Source of the DNA: Eledone cirrhosa
Lineage: Eukaryota
Length of the DNA stretch: 64,000 nucleotides
Assembly: GCA_964016885.1 (NCBI GenBank)
Contig: OZ024765.1
Location: forward strand, 15,686,001 to 15,750,000
Reading direction: 5' to 3'
Under the pieces are notes generated by a model. The model was not told the origin of the DNA. It made no database searches and was given only the letters and a program-made list of their open reading frames with translations. The position numbers and the translations under genes are program-made. Below are positions 12,495 to 25,844 of this stretch, piece by piece; position 1 is the stretch's first letter, and the number at the start of each line of letters is the position of its first letter.

Positions 12495-14640
12495 TTTTGT
12501 GTGTTCGTGTGTTTGTCGGTGTGTGTATTGGTGTGTGTGTGTTGGTGTGTGTTGGTGTCTATGTGTTCGTGTGTGTGTCGGTGTGTGCGTTGTTATTTGT
12601 GTGTGTCGGTGTGTGTGTGTGTGTTGGTGTTTGGTGTGTGTGTTTTGATGTTTGGTGTGTGTGTGTTTGTGTTTATTGCGTGTGTTGGTGTTTGGTGTGT
12701 GTGTTACTGTGTATATGTGTGTGTTGGTGTGTGTGTGTGTGTTTGTGTGTTGGTGTTTGGTGTGTGTGTTCCTGTGTATATGTGTGTGTTGGTGTATGAT
12801 GCGGCTGGTGTGTGTGTGTGTAAGTGAGACAGAGAGAGATGGTAGGAGGAAGATAGATTATGTGTAATGGAGAGAGAAAGAAGGAGAGTGTGTGTCTGGC
12901 TGTGTGAGGGAGAGGGGGGTGGAAATATATTGTGTTGGTGGGAGTGAGAGAGGGGGAGGAGGTGGAGATACATCGTGGTGGTGGGTGCGTGTGATAGAAA
13001 GAGAGGGGGAAGGAAAGTGGAAATAGATTGGGTAGGAGTGAGTGTGAGAGAGAGGGGGAGGATGGAAATATCTCGGCATGTATGTGAGAGATAAAGAGAA
13101 GGGGGGGGGGTGAGTGGTAGGGAGAGGATCTGAGACAATGGGTGGAATGGAATATGGGGGGAGGGGGATAGATTAAGTGTGAGTGAGTGTATGTGTGAGT
13201 GACAAAGATAGAATAGGAGTGTAGGAGAGAGAGGTGGTGTCGGAGAGAAGATGTGGACCTGAAAGAGAGAGAGGGGGAGAGAGAATAAGAAAGAGAGTGA
13301 GTGAGAGAGAGTGAGTGAGAGAGAGTGAGTGAGAGAGAGAGAGAGAGAGAAACACTGAGAGAGGGAGATAGAGAGAGAGACAGAGAGAGAGAGAGAGAAA
13401 CACAGAGAGAGAGAGAGAGGGAGAGAGAGAGAGAAACACAGAGAGGGAGAGACATAGAGAGAGAGAGACAGAGATGGAGAGAGCGAGAGAGAAACAGAGA
13501 GAGAGAGAGAGAGAGTGAGAGAGAGTGAAAGAGACATAGAGAGAGAGAGGGAAATGGAGGAGAGAGGAATTAGTGTGTGTGAGAGAGAGTGAGAAATATT
13601 AGAGTGAGTGGAAGAAAGAGGAGAGGATGTAATTGAAGACTGTGATGGCAGCAGGAGGGGGGGATTAGATTGTGTCAGTGTGTGTGTTGATTTTAGTGTG
13701 TGTGTGGGAGAGAGAGAAAGAGACGCTGTGAGAGTCTGACTCTGTGTGTGTGTGTTGGTGTATGTGTGTGTTGGTGTGTGTGTGATGGTGTGTGTGTGAT
13801 GGTGTGTATGTGTGTTGGTGTGTGTGTGTGTAGGTTGGTGTATGGGTGTATGTTGGTGTGTGAGTGTTGGTGTGTGTATGCGTGTGTTGGTGTGTGGGTG
13901 TATGTTGGTGTGTGTGTGTGCGTGTGTTGAGTGTCTGTGTGCGTGTGTTGGTGTGTGTGTGTGCGTGTGTTGGTGTGTGTGTGTGTTGGTGTGTATGTGC
14001 GTGTGTTGGTGTGTGTATGTGTTGGTGTGTGTGTGCGTGTGGTGGTGTATGTGTGTGCGTGTGTTCGTGTGTTTGTCGGTGTGTGTTCGTGTGATTGTGT
14101 GTTGGTGTTTGTGTGCGTGTGTTGGTGTGTGTGTGTGTATGTTGGTGTGTGTGTATGTTTAGAGAGAGGGAGGCGAATGGCGGAGAGGCTGTAAAATTGT
14201 AATTGTAACAGAGAGAAAGGGAAAGAGAAAGGTAGAAAGAGAGGGGGGCGTGGGACATATGTTTAGAGAGAGAGGGAGAGAAGTAGTCAGAACAAAAGAG
14301 AGAGAGAGAGAGATACAACGTGCTTGAGGGAGGGAGAGATGAATATTGTAAGAGAGAGAGAGAGAGAGATAGGGAGAGAAGGAGTCAGAACAAAAGAGAG
14401 AGAGAGAGATGAATATTGTAAGATAGATAGAGAGAGAGAGAGAGAGGGAGAGACGGATTCAGAAGAAAAGAGAGAGAGAAAGAGAAATACAACGCGCTTG
14501 AGAGAGGGAGAGATGGACATTTTAAGAAAGAGAGAGAGAAGGAGACAGGACAAAAGAGAGAGAGATAGAGAGAGAGAGAAAAGAAGACAGGACAAAAGAG
14601 AGAGAGAGAGAGAGAGGGGGAGTATGTGTATGTGTGTGTG
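12495..14640. repeat. Compound (GT)n/(GTGTTG)n and (GA)n low-complexity block
   Basis: Direct observation. Confidence 0.9.
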
Positions 14641-14688
14641 ACTGGTAGTTGGTTGGGTTAATATTTATGTAAGTTTTATCTCTCTCTC

Positions 14689-14734
<46 letters not shown>

Positions 14735-14738
<4 letters not shown>

Positions 14739-15125
14739 GAGGTTATATTTAATTTTTTGGGATTCAACAAGCTTAAACATTTTTATAACTGATATAAAGC
14801 ACTCAACAGTTTAGTGGAGTAAACACACAATATATTAATAAATATATAATATATATAATTTAAATAAACCGTTATCTTTTCTACCTTTCGGACACTCATT
14901 TGCATACTCACTCATAATTTTCTATCACCCTCAATAAATGTATTATCTCCACTATCCAGGAAGCTCCAACCGTTAAGGTTGTCTTTTTTTCCGGGTATGT
15001 CAATATTTATTTATAAAACAAATCAGTATTTTATCTGATGAAAGCGCACCATAATTTGCTTTGGCTTTGGTTGCCCTTGAAATATGTATAATAAAATAAA
15101 TATAGTTTCCATTTATTAATATAGT
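14735..15125. mobile_element. Family B fold-back PLE-like mini-element
   Basis: Tail gcagaggttatatttaa...taaagcactcaac, then inverted HHR-bearing arm ending in (TA)n. Confidence 0.75.
15027..15098 (+). ncRNA. Type I minimal hammerhead ribozyme (family B)
   Basis: tattttat-CTGATGA-AAG...CTT-GAAA-TATGTA-TA-ataaaata. Perfect 8 bp stem I. Confidence 0.8.
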
Positions 15126-15128
15126 GTA

Positions 15129-15183
<55 letters not shown>

Positions 15184-15315
15184 GCGGAGGTTATATTTAA
15201 TTTGTTGGAATTCAACAAGTTAACAATTTATATAACTGATATAAAGCACTCAACTGTGAGTGGAGTAAATATTCAAAATTTTAATAAATGGAAAGTATAT
15301 TTATAAAACCATAAT

Positions 15316-15381
15316 TATTTTATTATATATATTTCAAGGCCAACCAAGGCAAATTATGGTGCGCTTTCATCAGATAAAATA
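15316..15381 (-). ncRNA. Type I minimal hammerhead ribozyme (family B, element 15183-15460)
   Basis: Reverse-complement homolog of 15027-15098 with GAAA-TATATA-TA. Confidence 0.8.
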
Positions 15382-15457
15382 CAGATTTGTTTTATAAATA
15401 AATATTGACATACCCGGAAAAAAGACAACCATAACGGTTGAATTTCGCTGGATAGTT

Positions 15458-15523
<66 letters not shown>

Positions 15524-15554
15524 TAAGATCAAAAGATGGTTAAATGAGTTCCAT

Positions 15555-15627
15555 GTATTTTTTTATGCGCATTTCAAAAACAAATATCATCATGCAATAA
15601 CATTTGTGTTTTCATCAGATAAAATAT
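15555..15627 (-). ncRNA. Type I minimal hammerhead ribozyme in the PLE terminal repeat
   Basis: attttat-CTGATGA-AAAcACAAATG...TATTTGTTTTT-GAAA-TGCGCA-TA-aaaaaat. Palindromic stem III. Homolog at 49727-49794. Confidence 0.7.
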
Positions 15628-16522
15628 GAGGACATGATATGAAGGTTAAAAACACATGTGGGTAGTGCAGTTTTAAATCAACATATGAAAAGTAGTTTTA
15701 GATTGATGTGTGATATTGGGGAAAACATTTTTTATTTGAGGGGGGGAGGTTGGAAAGGATGAAAAAGAGGAGGAGATGAGAGTAAACAGTGGGGCGTGGA
15801 GGGGAGGAGTATAATGAGGAAGGATGAGATTGGAGGAGAGATGGCTGATAGAGAGAGAGAGATAGCTTTTATAACTGAGAAAAATATATTGTTTTATATA
15901 GAGAGGTTGAAAAACCGTTGGAAGATAATGTATAAATTAAAAGAATTTGAAAATTAACGAAGAGAAAAATAATGTAAAGTTAAGGTTTGTATATTGAAGG
16001 GTTTAATAATATGTGCGATGAAAAGAAATTTTTAATATGTATTAATAATAATATTTAAGGGTTTAATAATATGTGCGATGGAAAGAAAATGTTGATATGT
16101 ATTATTAAAAAAAACACAGAAGTATTGTAAGTAAGGATATATTGTGAGATGAGCATGAATAAGTTAGATGAGAGTGAGAAAAAAATAATGAATAGAGGAT
16201 GAATAATCTAACGTAAAAAAAATATGTTTATGTTTACGAAGGATTTTTTCAAGGTGATATAAAGTAAGAATATAGTGTATGTGTAATAATTGATTCTATG
16301 TTAGGCACAGTGAGAAAAAGTACAGATTAGGGGTTAGAAATTAAAAGAAAAAGCAAAAGAAAAGAAAAGGAAAAGGAAGAAAGAGAAGTGATGAATAGGA
16401 ATGATATAGAATATGATAAATAACTTTGAAATAAGGTAGAAAGATGGGTATATTTTTATAGAAGTATATATATATATATGTGCCTTTGAGAAAAGGATTC
16501 TGAATTGATAAAGTTTAGGATA

Positions 16523-16870
16523 TTAGCTGTATACTTTATGGAAAGTTCTGTGGAATTTATGTAAGCAGATAGAAAACAAGTCAGTGCGTCTATTTATTAT
16601 AGAATCTAAATTAGATATAATGGTAAATTTTTCATTCAGACAGAGATTGCAAGTCTTGGATAGAGAACTGTTCAAGTATGATAAGCAGAGGAAACCTTCT
16701 TCCAAGAGATGTTATATTTAATATTTTTGTCTTTCAAGGACCATATGAGTTCTGAGAGAGCCGTGTTGGTTCTTTTAAGTTTATATTTAAAAGACGAATG
16801 ATGATTATAAAGACGAGTTTTAAAGGAGGTGGAAGTGGAGCCAAAATAGGTGAAGGAATTGGTGTCATAT
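16523..16870 (-). pseudogene. PLE GIY-YIG endonuclease C-terminal fragment (frameshift near 16690)
   Basis: YFGSTSTSFKTRLYNHHSSF..TALSELIWSLKDKNIKYNISWK / SKTCNLCLNEKFTII..IINRRTDLFSICLHK. Matches the YIG..FKxRxxNH..CxLCLxEK..LNKRxE..CRH pattern of PLE endonucleases. Confidence 0.88.
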
Positions 16871-17059
16871 TGCATGATGATATTTGTTTTTGAAATGCGC
16901 ATAATAAAATACATGGAACTCATTTAACCATCTGTTGATCTTATATATTATGTATACTCGAGTCCTACAAACTGTAGAGTGCTTCTTATCCGATATCTGC
17001 ATTGCTTTATTGTACTACAATAAAACTCACCTCCTACATATATATATATATATATATAT

Positions 17060-17230
17060 TTAATACATTAACAGAGAAAGCTTTAAGCGATACTCTGACC
17101 AACTCCATCTCACTCAACAAACATTAGGATATACCTGAGTATAATCCCAATTAAGTGTTTAGGGTGCTAACTATACAGTATTTCGTGGAAAGTTGGTTGT
17201 ATTATTATATATGAGACATAATTAAATAGA
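17060..17230 (+). mobile_element. Dispersed (TA)n-flanked repeat, second copy inverted at ~23345-23520
   Basis: acattaacagagaaagctttaagcgatactct..ccaactccatctcactcaacaaacattaggatatacct matches the reverse complement at 23440-23518. Confidence 0.75.
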
Positions 17231-17240
17231 TCTCTCTTTA

Positions 17241-17275
<35 letters not shown>

Positions 17276-17333
17276 GTATATAAAATAAAATAAAATAAAT
17301 AAGTCAAATGTTTAAAATTTGGCTTCGTTTATT

Positions 17334-17388
17334 ACTGCTATATATATTTCGGTGGCAGCCATTTTTGGTTGTGACCTCTTCAGGCAGT
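17334..17388 (-). ncRNA. Type I minimal hammerhead ribozyme (family C)
   Basis: actgc-CTGAAGA-GGTcaCAaCCA aaaa TGGcTGccACC-GAAA-TATATA-TA-gcagt. Confidence 0.82.
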
Positions 17389-17472
17389 CCGAATTAGTGT
17401 GGTAGAGACGAGTACACATATTACTAATATTGTTGAGGTTTTTAACTTTGTCAAAACTCTGATATGCCCAGT

Positions 17473-17541
<69 letters not shown>

Positions 17542-17544
<3 letters not shown>

Positions 17545-17733
17545 CGAAGGAGTTGTGGTAAGGTACCAGATGGACCATAACGCACGGGAGTACTCTATAC
17601 TTAGTGTAGTAGAGTGGGTAATAGGAAACTGTATGACCCCGAAGGCAGAGCTCATGCCGTTACGACGGCTATTTCTGGACTGAAATAGCCGTGGAAACGG
17701 CTGGGGTTCTGTCGGCGGGGTTAAACTTTTCCT
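17542..17733. mobile_element. Family A fold-back mini-element
   Basis: Long arm to ctggac, inverted short arm ending ttttccTA. Confidence 0.8.
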
Positions 17734-17758
17734 ATATATATATATATATATACACGTT

Positions 17759-17821
<63 letters not shown>

Positions 17822-17939
17822 TATATATATAAATACACATCATATGTGTGTGTATACATATATATATATAAATATATATATATTTATATATATATATATA
17901 CAAACACATATATATATATAAATACACATCATATGTGTG

Positions 17940-18000
<61 letters not shown>

Positions 18001-18004
<4 letters not shown>

Positions 18005-18443
18005 GATATTAAATAAATGGAAACTATATTTATAAAACCATATTTATTTCATTATATATATTTCAGGGATATCATATTAACAATATGCTATGCCTTCCTC
18101 AGACAAAATACAATATAAACAGTTTTATAGATAAATAGATTTGACATACCGTACAACATCGACTTGTATTTGAAAAGTTGAATTTTCAAATACAAGTCGA
18201 TGTTGTACGGTATGTCAAATCTATTTATCTATAAAACTGTTTATATTGTAATTTGTCTGAGGAAGGCATAGCATATTGTTAATATGATATCCCTGAAATA
18301 TATATAATGAAATAAATATGGTTTTATAAATATAGTTTCCATTTATTTAATATCGTAAATATACTCCAAATACTTGTCGAGTGCTTTTATATCAGTTATT
18401 AATATTTACTAGTTGTAACCCAACAATTTAAATATAACTTTCC

Positions 18444-18445
<2 letters not shown>
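18001..18445. mobile_element. Family B fold-back element: ~175 bp arms, HHR on each strand (18045-18110 minus, 18249-18314 plus), 85 nt tail
   Basis: Near-perfect palindrome centred near 18180. Core CTGAGGA-AGG..CCT-GAAA-TATATA-TA-atgaaata. Confidence 0.9.
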
Positions 18446-18476
<31 letters not shown>

Positions 18477-18792
18477 AGCACGAAAGTGTGCATGTATATT
18501 TGTGTATGTGCTTGTATGTATGGAAGCGAGAGAAAAGGTGTGTATGTATGTGTAAGGTAGAAGTAGTGTGTGAGAAATGTGTGAGATCGATAATTCGATA
18601 ACTCACTTATTGATTTCTTTTTATGACAATATACATGGTAGTAGACAGATTTCGTACATATGTATTTGTGTATATATATATATATATATGCTCGTGTGTG
18701 TAAATATGTATATATATATATATATAGATGTATGTGTGCGTTTAAATATGTATATATATATAGATGTGCGTGCGTGCGTTTATATATGTATG

Positions 18793-18876
<84 letters not shown>

Positions 18877-18879
<3 letters not shown>

Positions 18880-18974
18880 CGAAGGAAATGTGGTAGGGAA
18901 CCAGGTGGACCATAACGCACCAAAGTACTCAATACTTGAGGTAGTAGAGTGGGTAATAGGAAAATATATATATT

Positions 18975-18977
<3 letters not shown>
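18877..18977 (-). mobile_element. Family A tail-only fragment
   Basis: acgaaggaaatgtgg...ccaaagtactcaatac...gggtaatagg between (TA)n tracts. Confidence 0.8.
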
Positions 18978-19040
<63 letters not shown>

Positions 19041-19074
19041 GATGTGTGTGCGTAGGTATATAAGCGTGTGTGTA

Positions 19075-19157
<83 letters not shown>

Positions 19158-19218
19158 ATGTGTGTATATATATATATATAGATGTGTGTGCGTAGGTATA
19201 TATGCGTGTGTGTATATT

Positions 19219-19250
<32 letters not shown>

Positions 19251-19333
19251 GATGTGTGTGTGTGTGTGTGTAAATATGTATATATATAGAGAGATGTGAT
19301 TGTGCGTATATATGTATATATATATAGAGAGAG

Positions 19334-19390
<57 letters not shown>

Positions 19391-19789
19391 ATCTAATAGG
19401 ATTTTGTAACCAAAGGTGAATCCTGACCAAGTCGACCTGAGATCAAAGGGTTTTACACGTGGTCTTACGGTCATCTATATCTAACATTATATACATTTAT
19501 ACCATATCGCAGTAACGTGATTTTCCTTTCACTCCGAGCGCAAAGGGTGATTTGAGGGAGATAAACCTCCTTTTTCTAGCACACCGTTACTTCAACAGAA
19601 TGGGTGAAGGAGAGAGATAATGTAGAAAGAACAGAAGTGAAGATGAAGAGAAGTGATCGAATTTGAGAGAGTTCGATAAATCAATATCGATATTATTGGT
19701 TTCATTTTTGACAAGATAGATCAGCAATGGTTTACGTAATGGTAGCGAGGGTGGGAACTGATCAACTATATTGACAAGAAGAGAAAGCT

Positions 19790-20880
19790 TTCCTGGACAC
19801 CTTCGCTAACTTATTCCTGGAAGGGTCGACGTAGACTGCAGTGTTCTCAGTGTTTTCTATAGGTTGCTATCGCAAGTAACCGTATCCAAATGATCTGGGG
19901 CGGATCTCCAAGCGATACCAATCGAAAATATTGGTATTATCGAACCAGTTTTTTGTGTGGTTCAATCCCGCTGAAATCTGCTCCTGCTGGTTGGTTTTGC
20001 TCGTAAAACCTGTCCAGTGACGCATTGCTGCGACATTCTAACCGCATGCCGTTAGTCTCGGAGTTGTGTTCTCTCGGCGTAGATTGCACCGTGCTCGGGT
20101 ATGTTTTCTATAGGTTGCTATCGCATGTAGCTGTCTCCAGAGGATATGGGCGGATCTCCAAGCGATACCAATCGAAAATATTGGTTTTATCGAACCAGTT
20201 TTGTTCGTGGTTCATCCACTTCGTACTCCTGCTGGCTTGGTTTACTCGTAAAACATGTCCAGTGATGCATTGCTGTGACATACTAACCACATGCCAGTAG
20301 TGTTGGAGTTGTGTTCTCTCGGGGTAGATTGCACCGTGCTCAGCTATGTTTTCTTTAGGTTGCAGTCTGAAGTAACCGTCTCCAGAGGATCTGGGCCGAT
20401 CTCCAAGCGATACGAATCAAAAATATTGGTGTTATCGAACCAGTTTTGTTCGTGGTTCATCCCCTTCGTACTCCTGCTGGCTTGGTTTACTCGTAAAGCA
20501 TGTCCAGTGATGCATTGCTGTGACATACTAACCACATGCCAGTAGTCTCGGAGTTGTGTTCTCACGGCGTAGATTGCACCGTGCTCAGGTATGTTTTCTA
20601 TAGGTTGCTATCGCATGTAGCTGTCTCCAGAGGATATGGCCGGATCTCCAAGCGATACCAATCGAAGATAGAGGTGTTACTGAACCAGTTTTGTTCGTGG
20701 TTCATCGCCTTCGGACTCCTGCCCCTGTTGGCTTCTTTGGTTCGTGTGATCCAGTGATGCGTTGCTGCTACATTCTAACCACATGTCCGTAGTATCGGAG
20801 TTATGTTCTCTCGCATGTTTGAAGTAGGGGATCTACGTTTGAGTGACTCTCTGATCTCTGAGCTACGCCCTCTAGCGAGT
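19790..20880 (-). mobile_element. RTE LINE 3' end with 4 x ~245 bp tandem amplification of the terminal coding segment
   Basis: Units start at 19831, 20079, 20324 and 20569. Minus translation RSSEIRESL..ERT(Q)LRYYGHVVRM..QRIT is an RTE C-terminal motif. Confidence 0.85.
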
Positions 20881-20999
20881 AACCTCGCTGCTTTCACCCT
20901 TAACGGGATCTTCTGAAACTAACAAAGTCAATCTGTAAATGCAGAACTGGATATTTCAAAAAACGTTGCAACCGGAGGAAGACAGGAAGACGATACTTT

Positions 21000-21071
<72 letters not shown>

Positions 21072-21091
21072 CATATATATATATATATATA

Positions 21092-21581
21092 TGCAAAAGT
21101 TTTATTTAAAATTGTTGGTTACAACGAGTAAATATTTTATAACTGATATAAAGCACTCAACAAGTTTTGGAGTAGATATACGATATTAAACAAATGGAAA
21201 CTATATTTATAAAACCATATTTATTTCATTATACATATTTCAGGGATACCATATTAAAAATATGGCATGCCTTCTTCAGATAAAATACAATATATAAGCA
21301 GTTTTATAAATAAATTTGACGTACCATAAAATATTGATCAACTTCCATTTAAAAAAATATTGATCAACTTCCATTTAAAAAAACTTTTTAAACCATTTAA
21401 ACCAACTTTTTTAAATGGAAGTTGATCAATATTTTATAGTACGTCAAATTTATTTATAAAACTGCTTATATATTGTATTTTATCTGAAGAAGGCATGCCA
21501 TATTTTTAATATGGTATCCCTGAAATATGTATAATGAAATAAATATGGTTTTATAAATATAGTTTCCATTTGTTTAATATC

Positions 21582-21583
<2 letters not shown>
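21092..21583. mobile_element. Family B fold-back element with HHRs at 21222-21287 (minus) and 21476-21541 (plus)
   Basis: tattttat-CTGAAGA-AGGcATGCCATATT..AATATGGTATcCCT-GAAA-TATGTA-TA-atgaaata. Tail on the left, short end cg|TA on the right. Confidence 0.9.
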
Positions 21584-21640
<57 letters not shown>

Positions 21641-21665
21641 ATACATATATATATATATATATATA

Positions 21666-21803
21666 TGGCGAAGGGTAAACCTGGAAAGCAGGGCATGCAG
21701 TCCAATCGCCATGGTGGAAAGTGCGGCTATGCAGCCTTAGCCCCTCCCCCCAATTCCCTCTAAATGACCATCCCGGTCAAAGCCGCATGTAGTGTTATCT
21801 AGT
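21666..21803 (+). mobile_element. Possible Helitron 3' end fragment
   Basis: Degenerate hairpin cggtcaaagccg followed by CTAG|T. Confidence 0.4.
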
Positions 21804-22607
21804 GTGTGTGTGTGTGTGTTAACTTTTTATGTGTCTACGATTTAGTGAACAGCCCAAAATTCCGCTTGCTTCAACACACGATGTCGTGTGTTTGTGTGTT
21901 TGTGTGTTTGTGTGTGTGTGTTATCTTTTTATGTGTCTACGATTTAGTAAGCATCCACAATTCTGCTTTCTTCAACCGACGCAATTGATCAACTCAAGAT
22001 TCTATAATACATTTACTGCACGCGTTGCATGCACGCACACTTCGCCCCTGATATGTATATATCATTAACATAAAGTTAATGGAATATATTCATAAACACT
22101 TAAGCGTGCATTAAGATATATCAAAGCTTAAGACTAGAGACAATTTGTATTAAATGCAAGATTACATAATTCGTAGAGGATCTTATTAAAATTAATAAAA
22201 ATTAATACAAAATACCTGATAACGATCAATATATTTCCCGCATATGTAATCTCCATAAAGTCAGAATACATTTCACCAAATAACAGCTAAATTGGGTATT
22301 TTAAAACTGATCATCAGTGAGGGAATTTCAAAATCACCTATCTCGATCGATACAGAGTTGAAAATGACTAAAAACTCACATGGTATCAATATATGTATTA
22401 GCACACGCAACGACATGAAAGGGTTCTCGTCCATTAGAAATAGCAGTCCAACCTCTCACCAAATAGGGAGCAGAAATATAAATGTATATATGTATATATA
22501 CGTATAAATGAATGTTTACATATAGTATTTGGGCGTAATAACTTCATCTGTTTTGTTTAGCAATCAGATAGTTATTTCTTATTGGCAACATGGCCCTCCT
22601 AAAGCAT

Positions 22608-22667
<60 letters not shown>

Positions 22668-23118
22668 GGTGTAACTTGGAGTTACTGCAGGTTCACCCGG
22701 GTGAGCACTCGATGTGTAGGTTCACTTCTGTGTTGTGTTGAGGTGTAGAGCTATACAGAGAGTAATATATTGAAAGCATAACAAGGACGATTGGTTACTC
22801 CTTCATTACATTTATTGGTAGGTGACGCTCGTTTCGCCAATGATCAGCTCAAGGTTCGATCTGTATCGCTCTTACCCGACTCAATAACCGGCAGTTTGAC
22901 GGACTCTTTAAAATGGTATAACAAAACTTTCTTATACCATAGTCAAGTTTGCAATTTTCAACTGAAAATTGCAAACTTGACTGTCACCACAGAATATGAA
23001 CCTGAAGATTGCGAGAGCATGAAAGTACTTGTTCAATTAACACTTAACATTTAATATTCTACCATACTATTTCATTCTAATACCCTTATACATTTTGAAG
23101 GATTGTAAATAAAACGAG

Positions 23119-23239
<121 letters not shown>

Positions 23240-23516
23240 GCTGGTGTATACAATTATGGATTATATCCAAGTTTCCACATAACCTGGAAATTATTTATCC
23301 CGAATTGTAGAAATCTTAAAACCAAACGGCCGTCCGGAAGAAATTAGATATTTATTTAATAATATCTCATATAAAATAATACAACCAGCTATCCACTAAA
23401 TACTGATTAGTTAGCACCCAAACCCTAAATTGGGATAATACTTAGGTATATCCTAATGTTTGTTGAGTGAGATGGAGTTGGTTTAGAGTATCGCTTAAGG
23501 CTTTCTCTGTTAATGT

Positions 23517-23723
<207 letters not shown>

Positions 23724-23838
23724 GTATATATAGATATATATATAAATACATATATAAATATATATATATATATATGTCCCAAGGCTCTGATACCATCAAC
23801 ACTATAAACACAGAGCTGGCATAGCTAAGAACTGACTA

Positions 23839-23894
23839 ACTGCCTGATGAGGTCATAGCCATTCAATGGCTATCATCGAAATATATATAGCAGT
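23839..23894 (+). ncRNA. Type I minimal hammerhead ribozyme
   Basis: actgc-CTGATGA-GGTcATAGCCAT tca ATGGCTATcATC-GAAA-TATATA-TA-gcagt, within a ~165 bp (TA)n-flanked insert. Confidence 0.9.
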
Positions 23895-23939
23895 AAATAA
23901 AGGATTATGAGTTCATGCAATTGACTTATGTTTCGTCAC

Positions 23940-24004
<65 letters not shown>

Positions 24005-24148
24005 CTGAGGTTTTTTTTACACACACATACATACACATACATACACATACACACACATACACACACATACATACACATACACACACACATACTTATATAT
24101 AGCACTGCAACGCACTCCCTTTCATATATATATATATATGTATGTATA

Positions 24149-24186
<38 letters not shown>

Positions 24187-24802
24187 TATATATATATATG
24201 TACACACATATATATATCCAATGAACCACCAACTTTAATATGTACATACACACACGCACACGTACAAGCCCCCCCCCCCCACACACACACATACATACAC
24301 ATACACACACACATACTTATATATAGCAGTGCAACAGCACCCCCTTTCACAAAGCACCATATGTTGAATAACATAACAGAATCTCTGGTTCTGTTGTTTA
24401 ATAAAATATCAAGATTTAAACATCACGAAATCGTAACTAACACCTATGCACACGTGACAGGGTAACAGTAACTGAAATATCGTTTGAATATATAGTAGCT
24501 TATAAAGCTTGTCACCAGAGGGCACTACGATGCCATTATAATTGCTATCATATGAAACGAAACTATGGCAACATATTGATAGAAGACATACATCATGAAG
24601 TAGTTAATAATAGGTAGTTGTTTAAGGTAAGGGTGAGAGGTAGGGAGGGTTAGTGTGTGGAAGTGAGAGGTAGTGAGAGGTAGTGAGAGGTGGTGAGAGG
24701 TGGTGAGAGCTGGTGAGTGTTCTCAGGTGTTCGTAGCTGTGTAGATATCCATGTGTGTGTGTGTGATCATATATATGTAGGTGTATATATATATATATAT
24801 AT

Positions 24803-25016
24803 ACGTTATTCCGGGTTGAATCGGAGGTAACCACAGTAAGTAAGGTACTCAATACATAGCAGATTATAACAGTTTTAATATAGAAGAGATTCTACAGGAC
24901 TAGAACTGTTTCATTCATTAGAAATCATCAGGAATCTCATCTGAAATCATCAGAGATTCCTGATGATTTCTAATGAATGAAACAGTTCTAGTCCTGTAGA
25001 ATCTCTTCTATATTAA

Positions 25017-25020
<4 letters not shown>
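24803..25020. mobile_element. Family D fold-back element with HHRs at 24885-24938 (minus) and 24952-25006 (plus)
   Basis: agagattc-CTGATGA-tTTC taat GAAt-GAAA-CAG ttctagtc CTG-TA-gaatctct. Arms 24871-25020, tail 24803-24870. Confidence 0.85.
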
Positions 25021-25068
<48 letters not shown>

Positions 25069-25332
25069 GTGTGTGTGTATATATATATATATGTGTGTGT
25101 ATATATATATATATATAGAGAGAGAGAGAAGGAAAACTCTGACATAACACATGGTATCCAATGACGTTGACTTCTTCTTTCTGGTAAATATCATCTTCGT
25201 TAGGAGAGTGGGACTGGCTTTGTGCAGTGCCTTTGCTCACTATAAAAGCTTCACGGCACAGGCATTGCTTTATATCTGGAGATCTCTCTGCACTTGTCAC
25301 ATGGTACCATGGGCCCAGCACTATGTGTCAAT

Positions 25333-25475
25333 AATTGTCACAAGTGTAGTGTTTGTACCAGAGTTTTCAAGTCGCTGGCTGGACTAAAAAGTCACATTCG
25401 TTCAGCGCATCAGTAGGGGTTCTCCTACATGGATATAAAGTAGTGGCCGTACTCGAAAACGAGTTGGCAGCCACC

Positions 25476-25478
<3 letters not shown>
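25333..25478 (+). mobile_element. Probable RTE LINE extreme 3' end with a single terminal C2H2 finger
   Basis: HKCSVCTRVFKSLAGLKSHIRSAHQ* (stop 25414-25416), then a short UTR and simple repeat. No TGEKP linkers. Confidence 0.6.
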
Positions 25479-25534
<56 letters not shown>

Positions 25535-25700
25535 AAATAAAGTACCAGTAATACACTGGGTATTTACTGGCCTTGTGCCAAAGGTAGAAACAATTATATA
25601 TAACACCACCACCAGCACCACCCCAGCAACAACAACAGCAACTCCACAGAATCAGCTACACCATCACCATCACTACTACAACAACTCGTCCATTCACTTT

Positions 25701-25782
<82 letters not shown>

Positions 25783-25783
25783 T

Positions 25784-25844
<61 letters not shown>

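Larger units (their letters stand above)
15514..17037 (-). mobile_element. 5'-truncated Penelope-like element with inverted terminal copy and tail
   Basis: GIY-YIG ORF remnant, AT-rich 3' region and an HHR. 15514-15596 is repeated inverted at 16868-16951, followed by a ~85 nt tail. (TA)n on both flanks. Confidence 0.85.

Noticed and set aside
22791-23054. 87 aa ORF
   Set aside because: Non-ATG start, overlaps a repeat terminus, and no recognisable domain.
25333-25416. Host C2H2 zinc-finger gene exon
   Set aside because: A single finger followed by a stop, no linkers, and an AGLKSH pattern more typical of RTE C-termini. Not fully excluded.
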